A stretch of DNA of 64,000 bases from assembly GCF_044324785.1 (NCBI RefSeq), contig NZ_CP172127.1; one strand, given 5' to 3'. Position 1 is the stretch's first letter. Each line of letters opens with the position of its first letter. Source of the DNA: Escherichia coli. GTDB taxonomy: Bacteria > Pseudomonadota > Gammaproteobacteria > Enterobacterales > Enterobacteriaceae. Positions 60,241 to 64,000 of this stretch are shown here, piece by piece. The notes beneath the pieces were generated by a model. It was not told where the DNA came from, ran no database searches, and saw nothing but the letters and a program-made list of their open reading frames with translations. The position numbers and the translations under genes were made by a program.

Positions 60241-61667
60241 CAGTTGCCCCCTTTCAGGGTTAACAGGTATTCCGAGGTGATCTCAGTCTCAAACGTCAGT
60301 CGCTCCAGCGGCGGTGGTGGCGTATATTTGTAGCTCAGCAACAGGTGCCCGGCGGCCAGCTCCGTCTCCGGATTGCGGGCCGGATCAAACCAGCAACGGA
60401 AGCCCAGTACCGCACCATCACCAGTCATTTTGCGACCGTAGGCGTTGACCGACTCCGTCAGTGCATCAATCAGCGCCTGAGTAATCGGCATGTCGATGTA
60501 CTGCTGGCTGAAATAACGAATGGACTCGTTGATCACATCACCGGTGCGGCGAACGTTCTCAAAGTTACGCATATGGGTGACCGTTGGCCATGCTGCCGTC
60601 CGGTTACCCCACAGACGAAGGCCGCTGCCGTAACTGCTGAATACCGTGGTGATCCCCTGTTCGTTAAGCAGGTTCACCTCACTCTGCGGGTCATCAATCA
60701 TCGCGGACAGCTGGCGCTCCACGCCGGTGATCCCCAGAATCTCCTGATTGGAGGATGACCACCAGTAGCCCTTGTCCAGATCGACTCTGGCACGCAGACC
60801 TGCTGCACGCTGGCTGAGCGGCTCCAGACGCTCTGTGTTTGTCACCGGGTCATATACCTTCACATGCGGATAGCACAGACGGACGCGGTCGGAGCTGGTA
60901 TTGAAGTTGATGGTGCCTTCCGGGCCACGACCTGCCAGAGCCTGTGCAAAGGTGGTACCGACAGGCGCATCAATGTAGGTTACCGCGCCCAGCTTCTCTG
61001 CCATGGCGATAAGCTCAACTGCGACACTCTTCTGGGTGCAGAACACCGGCGCAATCAGAATTTTGGCGAAATAGCCGTACAGGTTGAAGCTGTCGTTAAG
61101 CAGCTTCATGCCGGTTCGGTTTCCGGCGCTGTTCACCCCGCCGATGATGTCCGCCGCAGTCACCTTCGACGGGTCCGCGTACTCATAGCTCACCTTCACG
61201 CTGCCACCGGCCTCAATAGCCTTGCCCAGGTTCGTGAGCACACCCGCCTGCGCATCAACACGGTAGTCCGTGTTCGCCGTGTGGGTGGTGCTGCCTTCAC
61301 TGTTTTTCACCACCACATTAGCGACAACCGGATGCGCCAGTCTGGCCTGCCCTGTCGATTTGTCAAAGGTAACCACCTCATCCTCGATCGCCGTTTTATG
61401 TTTCGCCGGGTCGAGGACGTTAATGACCAGAACGGTGCCTGCACCATGGTCATAAATCGCATCCAGCGCCTGCGGAATGGTAAAGCCGGTGAACTGGCTG
61501 CCAAATGCCGCTGCGTCTTTCTCAGACAGGCACTGTACCAGCGTATTGACATCCCCCATCGGGGCGGTACCAATCAGGCCAATAACGGCAGATTTCACCG
61601 TTTTAACCGGGCGGGCACCGTTTTCCACCTCAATGGTTTCGGGACCATGCAGATAGTTAGCTGCCAT
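60240..61667 (-). CDS. phage contractile tail sheath protein
   Basis: 475-aa ORF MAANYLHGPETIEVENGARPVKTVKSAVIGLIGTAP..., followed by the tube gene. Confidence 0.85.
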   Translation of the reverse strand: MAANYLHGPETIEVENGARPVKTVKSAVIGLIGTAPMGDVNTLVQCLSEKDAAAFGSQFTGFTIPQALDAIYDHGAGTVLVINVLDPAKHKTAIEDEVVTFDKSTGQARLAHPVVANVVVKNSEGSTTHTANTDYRVDAQAGVLTNLGKAIEAGGSVKVSYEYADPSKVTAADIIGGVNSAGNRTGMKLLNDSFNLYGYFAKILIAPVFCTQKSVAVELIAMAEKLGAVTYIDAPVGTTFAQALAGRGPEGTINFNTSSDRVRLCYPHVKVYDPVTNTERLEPLSQRAAGLRARVDLDKGYWWSSSNQEILGITGVERQLSAMIDDPQSEVNLLNEQGITTVFSSYGSGLRLWGNRTAAWPTVTHMRNFENVRRTGDVINESIRYFSQQYIDMPITQALIDALTESVNAYGRKMTGDGAVLGFRCWFDPARNPETELAAGHLLLSYKYTPPPPLERLTFETEITSEYLLTLKGGN

Positions 61668-61911
61668 GGGTGTCCTCCGTTTTCACTTCGCTGTCACTGC
61701 TGCTTCTGCGCTTTGGTGACTGCACAGCCGGTGTGCCGGCGGGTTTAGTCTCTTCAGGTACCGGCGTCAGATGTTTCAGCGCCACCAGTACCTTCACGTA
61801 GTCATGCTCCTCCGGCAGGGAAACCGTCTTCCCCGGCCAGAGCAGGATTTCGGTTCCGTCCGACAGCGTGACGCCGCTGGCCGGGCCGGAATAGCGGTAT
61901 TCTTTCATCAC
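61657..61911 (-). CDS. hypothetical phage protein (Mu gp38-like position)
   Basis: 84-aa ORF overlapping the sheath gene start. Confidence 0.4.
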   Translation of the reverse strand: MMKEYRYSGPASGVTLSDGTEILLWPGKTVSLPEEHDYVKVLVALKHLTPVPEETKPAGTPAVQSPKRRSSSDSEVKTEDTHGS

Positions 61912-62372
61912 TCGCTTTCCTCATAGTTCACTTCGGTTAACAGCGGGCCGGACGGTAAATCGCTGTCTTCGATAAAGACGCTTTCAGTCGCGAAGTCGAG
62001 GGCGTACTGCCACAGCCCCCTGACTTCACCGATAAACACCTCGCGGGTCAGCCAGATACGGCGGCGGCAGCCGGGCGGGGTGTGGCCACCGAGAATGCGG
62101 CGGACAGCATCCAGGACATTAATCGCCCCTTTTTTACCGTTGAGCTGGCGGAAGACCACCGTGACGCAGAGCTGGATAGTCTGAGACTGGATCACCGCAC
62201 CGGTATCATCCGGCCTGTCAAAGCGCGAACCGGCATAGCTCAACAGCAACGCGCCAACCGGATGGTTCAGGCGATATTCAGCCGGTTTCTCCGGGAAGTA
62301 CTCCACCTGCAGTTGCGGCAGCTTCTCGCGTAACCGGGCCAGTACCGCATCAAGGACGGGCAGAACGTTCAT
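61908..62372 (-). CDS. phage head-tail joining protein (Mu gp37-like, DUF1834-like)
   Basis: 154-aa ORF, overlapping neighbours. Confidence 0.45.
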   Translation of the reverse strand: MNVLPVLDAVLARLREKLPQLQVEYFPEKPAEYRLNHPVGALLLSYAGSRFDRPDDTGAVIQSQTIQLCVTVVFRQLNGKKGAINVLDAVRRILGGHTPPGCRRRIWLTREVFIGEVRGLWQYALDFATESVFIEDSDLPSGPLLTEVNYEESE

Positions 62373-62818
62373 CAGTATTTCTCCAGTAAACCGTCACGAC
62401 CGCCGAAAGTAGCCGGGCGACTGCGTACACGAAACTCGCCAGGCTCAGGCACATCTTTCTGAGTGGACGGCAGCCCCAGCGTGAGCCTGTTATCACGTAA
62501 CTCCCTGAGTTGCCGCAGCGCTTCTTTGTGGTCATCCTTCACCGTATCCGGGAGGTCACCTTCCGGGCGGCGGGCGTAGAGCCGGTAACGGACCAGCGTG
62601 ATGGCAATGTCCCGCAGAACAGTCGGTATCTCTGCCAGTGGCAGGATATAGCGTCCGCGCAGATGGGCATCAATCAGCTCGTCGGCATAGCGGATACAGC
62701 TGTCCACCACACGGGTATTCACTGTTGCAGGTGAGTCGAAGTCCATCTCTTCACTGGTGAGCTCGATAAGCGTCCGCTCCGGCACCTGCGCAAGCAAATC
62801 CTCCAGGGTGCAGTACAT
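62372..62818 (-). CDS. phage head-tail joining protein (Mu gp36-like, DUF1320-like)
   Basis: 148-aa product from internal ATG (MYCTLEDLLAQ...) overlapping the upstream stop (ATGTCA); the ORF-track start at 62980 is an extension. Confidence 0.45.
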   Translation of the reverse strand: MYCTLEDLLAQVPERTLIELTSEEMDFDSPATVNTRVVDSCIRYADELIDAHLRGRYILPLAEIPTVLRDIAITLVRYRLYARRPEGDLPDTVKDDHKEALRQLRELRDNRLTLGLPSTQKDVPEPGEFRVRSRPATFGGRDGLLEKY

Positions 62819-62819
62819 G

Positions 62820-63158
62820 TCACACCCCGCGCAGGATACGAATGACGTCGCCTTCACCCCCGGCTTCATCAAGTGCAATACCACAGGATTTACCGTCGCC
62901 GGACTGCGGCACGGCTCTGGCCTGAGCATCTGACTGAACAGCCACACCACGGCTGACAGCGGCCCCGGCCTCGACAGCAATAATGCCCAGAACGCTCACC
63001 GGCGTGCTGTCGCCGGTAACAGCATCCACTTCGGCAACCCCGAGCGCTGCGGCACCGGCTTTACAGGGGGTATTATTTGCCCCGACAAAACGCTGCTGTG
63101 CCAGTGCTGCCCCTGCCGTTACGGTTGTGATCAGAATGACCTGCTGAGTGGTTCCCAT
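62820..63158 (-). CDS. hypothetical phage head-associated protein
   Basis: 112-aa Ala/Gly/Val-rich ORF between the capsid gene and head-tail joining genes. Confidence 0.4.
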   Translation of the reverse strand: MGTTQQVILITTVTAGAALAQQRFVGANNTPCKAGAAALGVAEVDAVTGDSTPVSVLGIIAVEAGAAVSRGVAVQSDAQARAVPQSGDGKSCGIALDEAGGEGDVIRILRGV

Positions 63159-63167
63159 AACGCCTCC

Positions 63168-63995
63168 TTATTTACTGATACCGGTAATGAGATACCCGGC
63201 ATCGCCACCAACCACGGCGACTTTGTAGATATCGGTATAACGGCAGTACTTCACCTTGCCACCGGCTCCGTCGTATTTGTCGGCAACAGGCATCCCCTTA
63301 CGACGCAGGGTGTAGCCGAAGGACGGCTCGTTCTCGTCCGCGCTGTCCGCCCCCGGCTGCGGTTTGCCGACATAGTGCAGCATCAGATTGTCTCCCCAGA
63401 TATCCGCCGGCACGCTGTTCTTATCCATTGCCGCTTTCATGGACGGCAGGGAGACTGGGGCACCGATGACGATCTCTTCGATCTGAAAGAGGTCCTGCAG
63501 GATTTCTGTGGTGATGCGCTTGCGTTCGTTGGCTCCGATGGCGGCCTGAATCGCCGGGTGGAACTTCAGCAGCGCCATCACGCCGGCCCCCATGGTCATC
63601 AGGTTAGGACGCAGCCCCGTGGCCGTACGGACCGCTTCCATACCGGCTTCAATCACCCCGATGGGGTCCCCCTTACCACCGGCCCAGCGATCACTGGCTG
63701 TCAGTTTTTTGACGTGCCCGGTACGGTAGACCTTTTCATCCTGAGCCAGACGGGCAGCGATAAGTTCACGGCGCAGGTTCACGCCATTCGTGGCGCGACG
63801 GATGGCCTTGCTCTCTTCGTTAAACATGGACTCCGCCTGCTCGCGATAGTCCACCGGCGCAGCCAGATCGTGTTCACCCAGCACCAGGTCCAGCGTGCCT
63901 GTTTTTTCACGGACCAGAACATTGCTGTCCGCCCCGACGGCACGCTCGGTGTCATATTCCACAAAGGCGGTTTTCCCGAAGGTCGGTACACGCAC
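63168..63995 (-). CDS. phage major head (capsid) protein, probable (Mu gpT-like); 5' end at or beyond window edge
   Basis: 275-aa or longer ORF immediately upstream of head-tail joining genes. Confidence 0.45.
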   Translation of the reverse strand: MRVPTFGKTAFVEYDTERAVGADSNVLVREKTGTLDLVLGEHDLAAPVDYREQAESMFNEESKAIRRATNGVNLRRELIAARLAQDEKVYRTGHVKKLTASDRWAGGKGDPIGVIEAGMEAVRTATGLRPNLMTMGAGVMALLKFHPAIQAAIGANERKRITTEILQDLFQIEEIVIGAPVSLPSMKAAMDKNSVPADIWGDNLMLHYVGKPQPGADSADENEPSFGYTLRRKGMPVADKYDGAGGKVKYCRYTDIYKVAVVGGDAGYLITGISK

Positions 63996-64000
63996 GCCTT

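Noticed and set aside
60864-61748. 294-aa plus-strand ORF opposite the tail sheath gene
   Set aside because: Antisense to the sheath gene; spurious.

Overview
This window looks like an Escherichia coli chromosome segment that runs from conserved backbone into a large accessory region inserted at tRNA-Phe. Positions 1-15.4 kb are backbone genes in the K-12 order (ampC 3' end, blc, sugE/gdx, ecnBA, efp, epmB, yjeJ, yjeI, groLS, yjeH, fxsA, aspA, dcuA, cutA, dsbD, yjdC, pheU). Immediately after the tRNA-Phe gene there is a P4-type integrase and then accessory DNA to the end of the window: (i) a raffinose operon (rafR-rafA-rafB-rafD-rafY) bracketed by a solo IS2 terminal repeat on one side and an IS1 fragment plus complete IS2 on the other; (ii) an AT-rich cytochrome b562-like gene and a complete IS1; (iii) a defence locus with a DinJ-like gene, a type I restriction-modification operon hsdM-hsdS-hsdR, and two uncharacterised genes (a predicted membrane protein and a 280-aa protein) translationally coupled to hsdR, followed by a RhuM-family gene; (iv) a decayed zone with a frameshifted IS3-family element, an IS5-family fragment, ssb, ugpB, ABC-transporter and PhoX-like gene remnants; (v) the tail/baseplate module of a Mu/P2-like myovirus prophage, ending in a Gin/Pin-family invertase next to three alternative tail-fibre C-terminal cassettes. 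The two hsdR-coupled genes are the best candidate for an undescribed or poorly characterised defence system; their architecture resembles Kiwa but that is unverified. All calls are by eye from the sequence and the ORF track; no database search was run.
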